Positions 24,977 to 33,643 of a stretch of DNA of 37,049 bases are shown here, piece by piece. The notes below the pieces were generated by a model, which ran no database searches, was not told the origin of the DNA, and saw only the letters and a program-made list of their open reading frames with translations. This stretch comes from Gammaproteobacteria bacterium (lineage in GTDB: Bacteria; Pseudomonadota; Gammaproteobacteria; JAQSXL01). Made by a program: the position numbers and the translations under genes. The stretch is from assembly GCA_029256685.1 (NCBI GenBank), contig JAQSXL010000002.1:1-37049 (forward strand). The letters run 5' to 3'. Position 1 is the stretch's first letter; the number at the start of each line of letters is the position of its first letter.

Positions 24977-25688
24977 GCTACAGGCTGAGTTAGAACCTGG
25001 TTTTATTTTGCACACCCGAGCTTATCGTGATACCAGTCTTATTGTAGAGTTATTTACTCAAGAATATGGACGAGTCCCTGTGGTTGCAAGAGGAGCGCGT
25101 GGGCGTAAGTCTTGGCAGGGCTTATTACAGCCCTTTGTACCCGTTTTTACCTCTTGGTCGGGCAAAGAAGAGTTAATGTCTTTGCATAATATTGAGCAAA
25201 ATGGTATTCCTTATTGGTTAGCAGGCCGTAAGCTGCTCAGTGGTTTTTACTTAAATGAATTATTGATGCGTTTGCTACATCGTTTTGATCCACATCCCGA
25301 ATTATTTAACCATTATATTGAAACACTTAAGCAGTTAGCACAGCCTGGTGAAGAAGAATATGTCTTAAGGCTGTTTGAAAAGCGTTTATTAGATGAATTA
25401 GGCTATGGTTTAGTATTGCAACATGAAGCTCTGAGCGATATAGCTATAGAAGAACAATTCTATTATCGTTTTGAGCCCCAGCAAGGTCTTATTAAAGTAA
25501 GTAATGAAGCTCATTTAGCCCCTAATGTTTTTGCCGGTAAGGTTTTATTGGCAGTTGCCCATGAAAATTTAACAGAAGCTGAACTGCCTGCCACTAAACG
25601 ATTGATGCGCTTGGCATTAAGTGAATTATTAGGTGATAAGCCACTGAGAACTCGAGAGTTATTTGCTGTTCCCATCAGTTCGAACTAG
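24969..25688 (+). CDS. recO: DNA repair protein RecO
   Basis: It occupies the conserved rnc-era-recO position, overlaps the era stop and is 239 aa. The N-terminal OB-fold-like sequence is [20 protein letters not shown]. Confidence 0.85.
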   Translation: MNKLQAELEPGFILHTRAYRDTSLIVELFTQEYGRVPVVARGARGRKSWQGLLQPFVPVFTSWSGKEELMSLHNIEQNGIPYWLAGRKLLSGFYLNELLMRLLHRFDPHPELFNHYIETLKQLAQPGEEEYVLRLFEKRLLDELGYGLVLQHEALSDIAIEEQFYYRFEPQQGLIKVSNEAHLAPNVFAGKVLLAVAHENLTEAELPATKRLMRLALSELLGDKPLRTRELFAVPISSN

Positions 25689-25704
25689 TTTATTATTTAC
25701 AAAA

Positions 25705-25830
25705 CTTACGCAAAATCTTGTCTAGTCATCCATTTCTTTGTTATAAAGCTGGCTATGTTGCTCATTTACTTGCTTGTAAACTACCAGCTTTATGTTCCTA
25801 CTTAAGTTAGCCATACGAGTTTTGCGTAAG
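25705..25830. repeat. About 125-bp nested inverted-repeat element just after recO
   Basis: The outer 11-bp arms are CTTACGCAAAA (25705-25715) and TTTTGCGTAAG (25820-25830). The inner 10-bp arms are ATAAAGCTGG (25743-25752) and CCAGCTTTAT (25784-25793). Confidence 0.5.
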
Positions 25831-25928
25831 GCCTGAGAGAGGGTTTCTCATTCAGCATTATTTTGGCTTGCCTTGTCCATCCTAAAGATAATACGCGTAT
25901 ATAATGAATTAATAATCACTGTAACCAT

Positions 25929-26369
25929 TCAATAATCGGGTTTTTCGGATATGATCTGCAAGAGCTCCGTTTCATTTCTATCAGTATAATTTTTTTGAAT
26001 ATGTTTACTAATGATTTTTTGTAAGGGCTTAGCCAGTTTTTCATTCAAAAACCCGTGAAAAAAAGGTTCGGCAATTAAAATTAATTCCGCAAATTTTTGC
26101 TGACGATAACCTTGCTGTAAAAATTCCTCAATTTGCATAGCAAAGGCGATATGTTCATTGCGTCTAGCATTACTGTGATAAGATGTATTGCCACGAGGTG
26201 TGCCCGTTGAATCATGATGCCCATCTTCGGTTTCTAGCAGTTCATTTTTTTTCAAGCGGCTTTCTGGATGTTCAAATTGAGAGATTAAAACTAATCTACG
26301 TGGATGATGTTCAAGCGCATAAATTTTGGCTAAATCGGCCTTGGCAACTATGGTCCAGGTATTTTTCAT
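25929..26369 (-). CDS. Host-attachment-protein family (Host_attach-like) protein
   Basis: MKNTWTIVAKADLAKIY start, a central basic/His segment and a C-terminal LILIAEPFFHGFLNEKL...IQKNYT pattern match my memory of this family. SD GGAGGG lies upstream. Confidence 0.6.
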   Translation of the reverse strand: MKNTWTIVAKADLAKIYALEHHPRRLVLISQFEHPESRLKKNELLETEDGHHDSTGTPRGNTSYHSNARRNEHIAFAMQIEEFLQQGYRQQKFAELILIAEPFFHGFLNEKLAKPLQKIISKHIQKNYTDRNETELLQIISEKPDY

Positions 26370-26702
26370 AAGTCCCTCCCGCTTAAGGTTTAAGTCACGA
26401 ACTTATAGGCTAAGGAAAATTATTAGAAATCATAATTATTTTACCGCTATAAGGAATAGAGTACAAGAAAGCCTACCCATAGCGCTACCCATTTTATTTC
26501 TGATTATGTTATTAGCATGGCCGACTAGCTTGCTCTCACTTCAACGCAGTTCTTTTACGGTGTATAACTTAAATTAGCCCTGGTATGGTGAAAAGCGGCT
26601 CATGAATCACGGGATTTTCGGCGGCCCTTATTAAAGAATTATTTTATACTCAAGCTAAAAGATTAAAGAAACCATGGGATAGCCTATGGATATGCTAAGT
26701 GT

Positions 26703-26730
26703 TTGAGTATACTTGGTATTGTAGTATAAT
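26703..26730 (+). promoter_or_regulatory. Sigma70-like promoter (TTGAGT-16 nt-TATAAT) upstream of the secreted-protein gene
   Basis: The -35 TTGAGT is at 26703-26708 and the -10 TATAAT at 26725-26730. It lies about 130 nt upstream of ATG 26858. Confidence 0.45.
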
Positions 26731-26857
26731 GAATAAATGTAGGGATTTACCTTAATAAACCTTATTTTAAAATTTAGTAAAGATTATATCCGCTTTTCTC
26801 TTCTGTTCTTTTAAGTTTGTCTTGATGTTTATGTCTATTTTTTATTGGAGATAAATC

Positions 26858-27247
26858 ATGAAAACTAAGTCAATTATTCTGGGTGGTTTAGTCAGTATGG
26901 CTCTTGTTACAAGCGGTGCTTATGCTGCAGCAAGTTTCCCTATTAAATTTCAGAAAACCGGTGGGTATTTTTCCTGTACTTTTGATAAAGGTGCTGGTGC
27001 GGAAGCCTTAATAGCTACTACTCATGCTTATGTTAAAGGTCCTAATTGTGATGGGCGTGGGGTTTTGCATCTTACCGCCGACCAATTAAAAACCTATGCT
27101 TTTGAATATCGACTCGATGGCACCAATCCAAATGCTAGGGTTGAAGTATATGGTAATGCCGCAAACCTTGTTTGTGTAGAAGATCAAGCGGCTAAGGAAG
27201 CCTTCCCCGGCGGAGATTGGTGTTTACTGCCTCCTGTTAAAGGTTAA
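26858..27247 (+). CDS. Small secreted protein with four Cys (orphan)
   Basis: Signal peptide MKTKSIILGGLVSMALVTSGAYA/AAS and SD GGAGA. The mature part of about 105 aa has 4 Cys. Confidence 0.55.
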   Translation: MKTKSIILGGLVSMALVTSGAYAAASFPIKFQKTGGYFSCTFDKGAGAEALIATTHAYVKGPNCDGRGVLHLTADQLKTYAFEYRLDGTNPNARVEVYGNAANLVCVEDQAAKEAFPGGDWCLLPPVKG

Positions 27248-27289
27248 AGGTGTTAATGAGAAGACTTGTTTCCTAATAAGGCTGAGTTT

Positions 27290-27625
27290 TCAAATACAAC
27301 GTGTCGGCTTAGGCAATCCCGCTATTTTGTTGGATTGCTTAGCCGCACCAGCTGGGAAAAGGGTATGTAAGTAGATGCTATTACCTTTCTCTGGGCCTAA
27401 TTTATCGAGCAGGGCTTTTACTAAAACCCGGATGGCGGGCGCTATTTGGTATGCTTGATAAAAATCGCGCAAAAATCGAATGACCTCCCAATGATCCGGG
27501 GTCAAGATAATCCCTTCTGTTTTAGCAATAGCCTCTGCTACCGTTTCGTCCCATTCCACCAAATTGTTTAAAAATCCTTCTGGATCGGTTTTAATAAGGC
27601 GATCTTTAACTACTAAATGTGACAT
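27290..27625 (-). CDS. tusE: Sulfurtransferase TusE (DsrC family)
   Basis: Size is 111 aa. DsrC/TusE pattern with HWEVIRFLRDFY and a C-terminal PKPTRCI with the conserved Cys. Confidence 0.85.
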   Translation of the reverse strand: MSHLVVKDRLIKTDPEGFLNNLVEWDETVAEAIAKTEGIILTPDHWEVIRFLRDFYQAYQIAPAIRVLVKALLDKLGPEKGNSIYLHTLFPAGAAKQSNKIAGLPKPTRCI

Positions 27626-27645
27626 TCTGTTATCTTCCGAAAATT

Positions 27646-27951
27646 CTAAAACCAGGCCTGCACGTTAGTGTAAAAAACCGTAAGATCGACAAAGCCGGCA
27701 TAGTCTATCTGCTGAACTTTAGGATGGGCTTGGTTAACAATCCCTCTGGCGGCCAGATCCGGCTGTAAGACATATAAAGTGAAGTTTGCTAGGGCTTGCT
27801 CTAGCTCTGGGGTAAAGCCTGTATGATTTAAACCGCCGTATACCCCATCTTCAATTAACAAAATACCATCGCCTTGTGCAGCCAAGCGTAGGCAGCTGGC
27901 TAAGCTATTATTGACAAAAGGCGATTTGTTAACGGTATGTAGAATACTCAT
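27646..27951 (-). CDS. tusB: Sulfurtransferase complex subunit TusB (DsrH)
   Basis: About 100 aa, last gene of a tusD-tusC-tusB array, and overlaps tusC by 1 nt. Confidence 0.8.
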   Translation of the reverse strand: MSILHTVNKSPFVNNSLASCLRLAAQGDGILLIEDGVYGGLNHTGFTPELEQALANFTLYVLQPDLAARGIVNQAHPKVQQIDYAGFVDLTVFYTNVQAWF

Positions 27952-28307
27952 CAGAAGCTCAATATTACATCATGTTGTTGGATTAATTGTCTAAGTTCGG
28001 CAGTTGCTAATACAGTTACCGGAATGATTAAATCTTCGATTTGTAAGCCGCGTTGCTCAAGTGCCATCTGCTCAACGTATATTTGCTTTACCTCATATAA
28101 TTCAAGTGCCTTAAATGTAGGAGAAAAATTTTTAATGCCTAGGGTTTTGGTATCCTGCTGATTTTTAAGCTGCCATACCCCATCGTCGGTAAAAACCAAG
28201 CTGATTTCTTGCTCAAAAGCGCTGGCCATTAAGATAGCATCTAGGGCCTCTTTAGCAAACCCAGTGCCATAAGGGGAGCGGCGTTGGATAAATAGAATTT
28301 TTTTCAT
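27951..28307 (-). CDS. tusC: Sulfurtransferase complex subunit TusC (DsrF)
   Basis: 118 aa, DsrE/F fold-like sequence, and abuts tusD. Confidence 0.85.
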   Translation of the reverse strand: MKKILFIQRRSPYGTGFAKEALDAILMASAFEQEISLVFTDDGVWQLKNQQDTKTLGIKNFSPTFKALELYEVKQIYVEQMALEQRGLQIEDLIIPVTVLATAELRQLIQQHDVILSF

Positions 28308-28700
28308 TTAACCACCGAATACCATCAGTCTATCGGCTGTTAAGCAAGCTTCAACCAGCTGGCCTAAACCGACAATTTTAAATTCTGCGGCAAGGTTAGC
28401 GCTCGATTTTCCGTAACGTTTAGCTTCCTGTTCATTCAAAACCCCACGCCTTAATGCCGCCGCAATACAAATGGCTAAATCAAAACCGTGTTGTTTGGCA
28501 AGATTTTGCCAATGAACCGTGATATTAGGTTCATCCTGAGGCGGGCACATCAGGCTTGAGCCTATATAAACGGCATCATGATAAAAAAACACGCGATGAA
28601 TAAGGTGGCCTTTATTAAGGGCCGCCTGACAAAACTGATAGGCCGTATCCGATGCTTGATGGCTAAAGGGGGCACTATTGATTAGGATGGCAAACTTCAT
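28308..28700 (-). CDS. tusD: Sulfurtransferase complex subunit TusD (DsrE)
   Basis: Collinear with E. coli TusD as I recall it (MKFAI..., ICIAAALRRGV with the active Cys, GLGQLVEA). Confidence 0.9.
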   Translation of the reverse strand: MKFAILINSAPFSHQASDTAYQFCQAALNKGHLIHRVFFYHDAVYIGSSLMCPPQDEPNITVHWQNLAKQHGFDLAICIAAALRRGVLNEQEAKRYGKSSANLAAEFKIVGLGQLVEACLTADRLMVFGG

Positions 28701-28713
28701 GCTTAAGTTATAT

Positions 28714-28747
28714 AAACCCTGCGGCTGATAAAAGAGTCGCAGGGTTT
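28714..28747 (-). terminator. Stem-loop between yccA-like gene and tusD (probable terminator or insulator)
   Basis: Perfect 10-bp stem AAACCCTGCG (28714-28723) with CGCAGGGTTT (28738-28747) and a 14-nt loop. On the minus strand the stem ends in UUU followed by AUAUAA, so the U-tract is only partial. Confidence 0.45.
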
Positions 28748-28758
28748 GAGATATTTAT

Positions 28759-29427
28759 TTAGTTGTTACGGCCGCCAAATGCGCTGAACAATTGTAAGAG
28801 ACTAACGAACAAATTGTATAAGGCAACATAGATAGAAATTGTAGCCATAATATAGTTGCGTTCGCCACCATTAATGATCAAACTGGTTTGAAATAAGATC
28901 ATGCCGGATGAAAGCAATACAAAAGCTGCCGAAACGGCTAAATGTAAGGCCGGTATATTAAAGAATAAACCACCGATACTCGCTAAAAAGGCAACCATTA
29001 TTCCTACGAATAAAAATCCCCCTAAATAACTGAAATCTTTACGCGTGGTTAATACATAAGCGGATAATGCAAAGAAAATAACGCCGGTTGAGCCAAGCGA
29101 GGTCATTATAATTTGTGAACCATTGGCATAATTCTGCAGAACCATATTAAGGATTGGGCCTAGGGTATATCCCATAAAGCCTGTGAAGGCAAAGGCCGCT
29201 AATAGTCCCCATCCACTGTTTCGTAAGGCCGAGGTTAGAAACATCAAGCCATAAACACCTACTATAGTTAGCAAGAAATTAGGCTTAGCATGGGTCACCA
29301 TAGCAAGACCCGCCGTTGCCGCACTAAATAGTAAAGTTAAGCCTAATAACCAATAAGTGTTACGTAACACGGTATGAGTAGCAAGTAGCGACTCGCCACG
29401 TGAATTAATTACCACATTCTCACGCAT
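28759..29427 (-). CDS. BAX inhibitor-1/YccA family membrane protein
   Basis: 222 aa with about 7 TM segments. Family-typical N-terminal NTYWLLGLTL and a C-terminal Y.ALYNLF..LLQL pattern. Confidence 0.85.
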   Translation of the reverse strand: MRENVVINSRGESLLATHTVLRNTYWLLGLTLLFSAATAGLAMVTHAKPNFLLTIVGVYGLMFLTSALRNSGWGLLAAFAFTGFMGYTLGPILNMVLQNYANGSQIIMTSLGSTGVIFFALSAYVLTTRKDFSYLGGFLFVGIMVAFLASIGGLFFNIPALHLAVSAAFVLLSSGMILFQTSLIINGGERNYIMATISIYVALYNLFVSLLQLFSAFGGRNN

Positions 29428-29785
29428 AACAAACTCCTAGTTCAATATGAAACCTTTAATATTATAGCATAGTATATAGGGGCGATCTTAAATAAATCAA
29501 TGGTTATTGATATTTAATGGTGACGTTCAGGGGAACTGCTGTCGTCGGTAGCTATCTCCTTAAACTCTCTTTAGTTTGGATATAGTCGTTCCTAAACTAG
29601 AACCAACGACTTCGGTTTTTGAATGGGTTACACCGGTTTTATAACAAAAGTGGTTATGATCAACTATACGATAAGTTAAATATGATAACTATCTAGGCTT
29701 GACCGCGTTAGCTATAAAAGCTAAGGTAGGCAACGTTATAATTGCAATAATTTAACCTAACCTTACTTACGTTTAAGCGCCGGGC

Positions 29786-31657
29786 ATGAAAAAAAAAGTA
29801 ACCCTTACCAATCCGTCCCAAGAAAGTCGGCGTTTCAGTCGGCGGATATGGTTATTGGGCATTAGCTTGTTAACGCTGATATTAATTTTGGCTTTAAGGC
29901 TTGCTTATTTACAAATCTTTCGACACGAACGTTATATCACCTTAGCGCAAAAAAACCAGCTGGCTATAGTACCTATTACTCCAAGCCGGGGTTTAATTTA
30001 TGATCGCAACGGGATCTTGCTGGCGGAAAATATTCCCGTTACTAGTTTAGAATTAATTCCCGATAAAATAGATGACATAGATTTAACTATTCAAGAATTA
30101 AAAAAGATCATAGCTATTGATGATGATGAACTGGAACAGTTTAATAAATTACTGGGGCAGCGTCGTTCTTTCGATTCTATTCCAATTAAGGTAAAGCTTT
30201 CTAAAGAAGAAGAGGCGGCATTTTATATTAATCAATATCTTTTTCCCGGCGTAACCATACAAGCGCATTTGATAAGGCACTATTTATTTGGCGAGGCTTT
30301 ATCCCCAGTTTTAGGGTATGTAGGGCGTATCAATCAGCAGGAACTCGCGCAAGTTGCTCCTAGCAATTACAGCCCTACGGACTATATCGGTAAAGTTGGT
30401 ATAGAAAAATATTATGAACCTATTTTGCACGGTACGGCAGGTTATGAACAAGTAGAAATCGATGCTAGCGGCAGGGCTGTGCGTACGCTAAAACGGGTAC
30501 CTGCGATTGCAGGTCAAAATTTATATCTCACCATTGATAGTAAGTTACAACAAGTTGCCATTGATACCTTAGCAGAAAACCGTGGAGCGATGGTAGCGAT
30601 ACAACCCGGCACAGGACAAGTCCTAGCGTTAGTAAGCAATCCCTCCTATGATTCGAATGTGTTTGTAAAGGGCATTTCGTCCAAAGACTTTAAAAAACTG
30701 CGCGAATCGCCTGATCAACCGCTATATAATCGGGCTTTACGTGGACAATATCCACCGGCTTCGACAATAAAGCCATTTATCGCCTTACAAGGTTTAGCAA
30801 CCGAAACAGTGACGCCGGAGGATCAAATATTTGACCCCGGCTGGTTTAAATTACCCAATAGCACTCATTTATATCGTGACTGGAAAAAAACGGGGCATGG
30901 TTGGGTAGATCTTAGTGATGCTATTATACAATCCTGTGATACTTATTTTTATAATCTAGCTTACGAAATGGGTATCACTGAAATTAATACTATCTTGGCC
31001 AAATTTGGCTTTGGTAGCAAAACGGGGATTGACATGGGAGAAGAGTTAGGAGGCGTATTACCTTCTCCAGCTTGGAAAAAGCGTTATAGAGGAACTGCTT
31101 GGTATCCGGGCGATACCTTAATTACTAGCATAGGCCAGGGGTTTATGGTGGCAACGCCTTTACAGTTAGCTCATGCTGTTGCTACCTTAGCTATGAAAGG
31201 TGAAGGCCATAAGCCTTATTTATTATTAAAAGCCAAGCCCATCAATGCTAAGGCCGTATATTATCAACCGATTCCCTTAAAATCGATAGAGCTACCGGCC
31301 GATACGTGGCATCTGGTGCTTAACGCCATGCAAGAGGTTATCGAAAATCCACGGGGTACGGGACATATTAGGTTTGGAGCTAAGCCAAAATATACGGTTG
31401 CAGCTAAAACAGGTACGGCCCAATTATTTAGTATTAAGCAGAATGAGCGTATAGCTTCGCAGGATATTTTGCCAGAGCGGTTGCGTGATCACTCCGTGTT
31501 TATCGCTTTTGCTCCGGTTGAGGACCCTAAAATAGCCTTGGCAGTTATAGCGGAAAATAGTACATTTGCTCCTGCTATAGCCCGTAAAATATTAGATTTT
31601 TATTTACTTAACAAAGATGAAAATAACACCCGTACTTCACAATACAAGAATTCATAA
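29786..31657 (+). CDS. mrdA: Penicillin-binding protein 2 (elongasome transpeptidase)
   Basis: RGLIYDRNG near the N-terminus, SxxK (ASTIKP), SxN-like and KTGTA motifs. It is followed by rodA. Confidence 0.92.
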   Translation: MKKKVTLTNPSQESRRFSRRIWLLGISLLTLILILALRLAYLQIFRHERYITLAQKNQLAIVPITPSRGLIYDRNGILLAENIPVTSLELIPDKIDDIDLTIQELKKIIAIDDDELEQFNKLLGQRRSFDSIPIKVKLSKEEEAAFYINQYLFPGVTIQAHLIRHYLFGEALSPVLGYVGRINQQELAQVAPSNYSPTDYIGKVGIEKYYEPILHGTAGYEQVEIDASGRAVRTLKRVPAIAGQNLYLTIDSKLQQVAIDTLAENRGAMVAIQPGTGQVLALVSNPSYDSNVFVKGISSKDFKKLRESPDQPLYNRALRGQYPPASTIKPFIALQGLATETVTPEDQIFDPGWFKLPNSTHLYRDWKKTGHGWVDLSDAIIQSCDTYFYNLAYEMGITEINTILAKFGFGSKTGIDMGEELGGVLPSPAWKKRYRGTAWYPGDTLITSIGQGFMVATPLQLAHAVATLAMKGEGHKPYLLLKAKPINAKAVYYQPIPLKSIELPADTWHLVLNAMQEVIENPRGTGHIRFGAKPKYTVAAKTGTAQLFSIKQNERIASQDILPERLRDHSVFIAFAPVEDPKIALAVIAENSTFAPAIARKILDFYLLNKDENNTRTSQYKNS

Positions 31658-32756
31658 TCCACATGGTTTTAGACTAAGCCTATGGGAAAAAATGCATCTT
31701 GACCTGCCTTTATTATTAGGATTGGTTTTGCTGATTGGCTTAGGCATGCTCATTTTATATAGTGCTGGTGGTAAAAGTTTGATGTTTTTAAGTCAACAAG
31801 CGATGCGTCTTAGCCTTGCGGCTGGTATTATGATTGGGTTGGCTCAAATACCTCCGCAAAGTTATCGTACTTGGGCTCCTTGGCTATATACGGTAGGCGT
31901 TGTTTTATTAATTGCGGTATTGGTACTCGGTGTGATTGGTAAGGGAGCGCAGCGTTGGCTGAATTTAGGATTATTCCGGTTTCAACCCTCGGAGTTATTG
32001 AAGCTTGCTTTACCTATGTTATTAGCTTGGTATTTTTCGGATAGACCTCTTCCCCCTAAATTGACCCAAATTGCCTTAGCAACAATATTTATTCTGATTC
32101 CGGCAGCATTAGTTGCAAAACAACCCGACTTGGGTACCGCAATCTTAATCGCTGGAGCGGGATTTTGTGTATTATTACTAGCCGGTATAAGTTGGCGACT
32201 ATTATTGGGGCTGATAGCGACTATTATAGCGATTGCTCCTTTATCATGGCATTTTTTAAAAGAGTATCAACGCCAGCGTGTATTAACTTTTCTTGATCCC
32301 GAGCGAGACCCATTAGGCAGTGGTTACCATATTATCCAATCTAAGATCGCCATTGGCTCAGGGGGCTTATTTGGTAAGGGATGGTTGCAAGGTACCCAAT
32401 CTCATTTGAATTTTTTACCGGAGCATGCCACCGATTTTATTTTTGCGGTCTGTGGCGAAGAGTTTGGCTTAATGGGAGGCATTGTATTACTCAGTATTTA
32501 TGCTTTTATCATTATTCGCGGTTTACAAATTGCTATTCGGGCTCAAGATACCTTTTCGCGTCTTTTGGCGGGCAGTTTAGCGTTGAGTTTTTTTCTTTAT
32601 ATATTTATTAATATTGGTATGGTATCTGGGCTGTTGCCTGTAGTTGGCGTACCATTACCCCTGGTAAGCTATGGCGGAACTTCCATGGTTACTTTAATGG
32701 CAAGCTTTGGTATCTTGATGTCTATTCAAACCCATAGACGGTTGGTGGCTTCGTAG
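31617..32756 (+). CDS. rodA: Peptidoglycan glycosyltransferase RodA (SEDS family)
   Basis: LWEKMHLDLPLLL aligns with the RodA N-terminus. It also has FQPSELLKL, PDLGTA, a PEHATDFIF-like block and a C-terminal PLPLVSYGGTS. It overlaps mrdA by 41 nt, and no alternative start exists downstream of the conserved N-terminus. Confidence 0.9.
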   Translation: MKITPVLHNTRIHNPHGFRLSLWEKMHLDLPLLLGLVLLIGLGMLILYSAGGKSLMFLSQQAMRLSLAAGIMIGLAQIPPQSYRTWAPWLYTVGVVLLIAVLVLGVIGKGAQRWLNLGLFRFQPSELLKLALPMLLAWYFSDRPLPPKLTQIALATIFILIPAALVAKQPDLGTAILIAGAGFCVLLLAGISWRLLLGLIATIIAIAPLSWHFLKEYQRQRVLTFLDPERDPLGSGYHIIQSKIAIGSGGLFGKGWLQGTQSHLNFLPEHATDFIFAVCGEEFGLMGGIVLLSIYAFIIIRGLQIAIRAQDTFSRLLAGSLALSFFLYIFINIGMVSGLLPVVGVPLPLVSYGGTSMVTLMASFGILMSIQTHRRLVAS

Positions 32757-32824
32757 AAGCTCAGCGTAGACTAAAGGCTAGTTTCAATCGAATGCAATAA
32801 AGGTCTATACAAAGGTGATATGAA

Positions 32825-33643
32825 ATGCGTTATTTATTAACTTTTTTATTAATGGCTTGGTCATCGCTATTATTTGCTAAAGAAGAGAACCTGCCGCCTG
32901 ATATTCAGAATATTTTAAGCCGTGGCCAATTGGTGGTAGCGGTTATAGATCAAGATATTTCACCCTTTATTTTTCAGGAAAAAGCTAAATTAGACGGTTA
33001 TGATATTGCTATCGCACAAAATATTGCAAAACAGTTAGGTGTACAACTGGTTTTTAACCGCAACGCCAAAACCTTCGATGAGGTGATTGAGCAGTTAGTT
33101 AACCATAAGGCAGATATGGCTATTAGCTTACTAAGCCGGACTTTACCTCGCGCCTTAAAAGTTAATTTTTCCGCTCCCTATTTGTTATTACATCAAGCTT
33201 TATTAATCAATAGAATCAAGGCTATTCAGTTAAAGCTCATGGAGAATCCGACTGTAGTTTTAAATGATCCACGAGCAACGATTGCCGTATTGCAAAACAG
33301 CGCTTATATGACTTTTGTCAAAACCTATTATCCTAAGGCAACCTTACTTCCTTATAAAAATTTAGATCAGGCTATGCTGGATGTTAAGAATGGCAAAATT
33401 TTGACCGTGTTATTTGATGAAATTCAAATCCAAGAATGGTTAAATAAACACGCCGATGCCCATCTGTATGTAGAGATGCTCATTTTAACTAAGCAAATTG
33501 ATCCCATTGCAATAGCGCTGCCTTGGCAGAGTACTCATTTATTACGTTGGGTGGATACCTATTTAATGACGCTTAAAGATGATGAGCAAGGCAAGTACTT
33601 AGTTAAACATTATTTGAAGGATAGCAAATGGCTAGAGCGATAG
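32825..33643 (+). CDS. Periplasmic solute-binding protein, family 3 (amino-acid ABC type fold)
   Basis: Signal peptide MRYLLTFLLMAWSSLLFA. It has GQLVVAV...PFIF, GYDIAIAQNIAKQLGV, KADMAISLLSRTLPR and FSAPY, which is the typical SBP_bac_3 order. Confidence 0.75.
   Translation: MRYLLTFLLMAWSSLLFAKEENLPPDIQNILSRGQLVVAVIDQDISPFIFQEKAKLDGYDIAIAQNIAKQLGVQLVFNRNAKTFDEVIEQLVNHKADMAISLLSRTLPRALKVNFSAPYLLLHQALLINRIKAIQLKLMENPTVVLNDPRATIAVLQNSAYMTFVKTYYPKATLLPYKNLDQAMLDVKNGKILTVLFDEIQIQEWLNKHADAHLYVEMLILTKQIDPIAIALPWQSTHLLRWVDTYLMTLKDDEQGKYLVKHYLKDSKWLER

Noticed and set aside
26369-26379. An 11-mer, TAAGTCCCTCC, which is the reverse complement of GGAGGGACTTA in repeat R1 (17103-17113). It was considered as a possible third copy of the thpR-flanking repeat.
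   Set aside because: Here it is simply the SD (GGAGGG) plus spacer and the first base of the ATG of the host-attachment gene. The flanking sequence does not align with R1 or R2.
26326-26577. An 83-aa plus-strand ORF in the long intergenic region.
   Set aside because: It starts inside the 5' end of the opposite-strand host-attachment gene. It has no SD, and its hydrophobic low-complexity translation is typical of AT-rich non-coding DNA.
31617-31657. The 41-nt overlap between mrdA and rodA, considered as a possible frameshift or mis-called start.
   Set aside because: The conserved RodA N-terminal segment (LWEKMHLD) lies upstream of any alternative start codon, so the overlapping ATG at 31617 is the simplest model. 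Both ORFs are full length.
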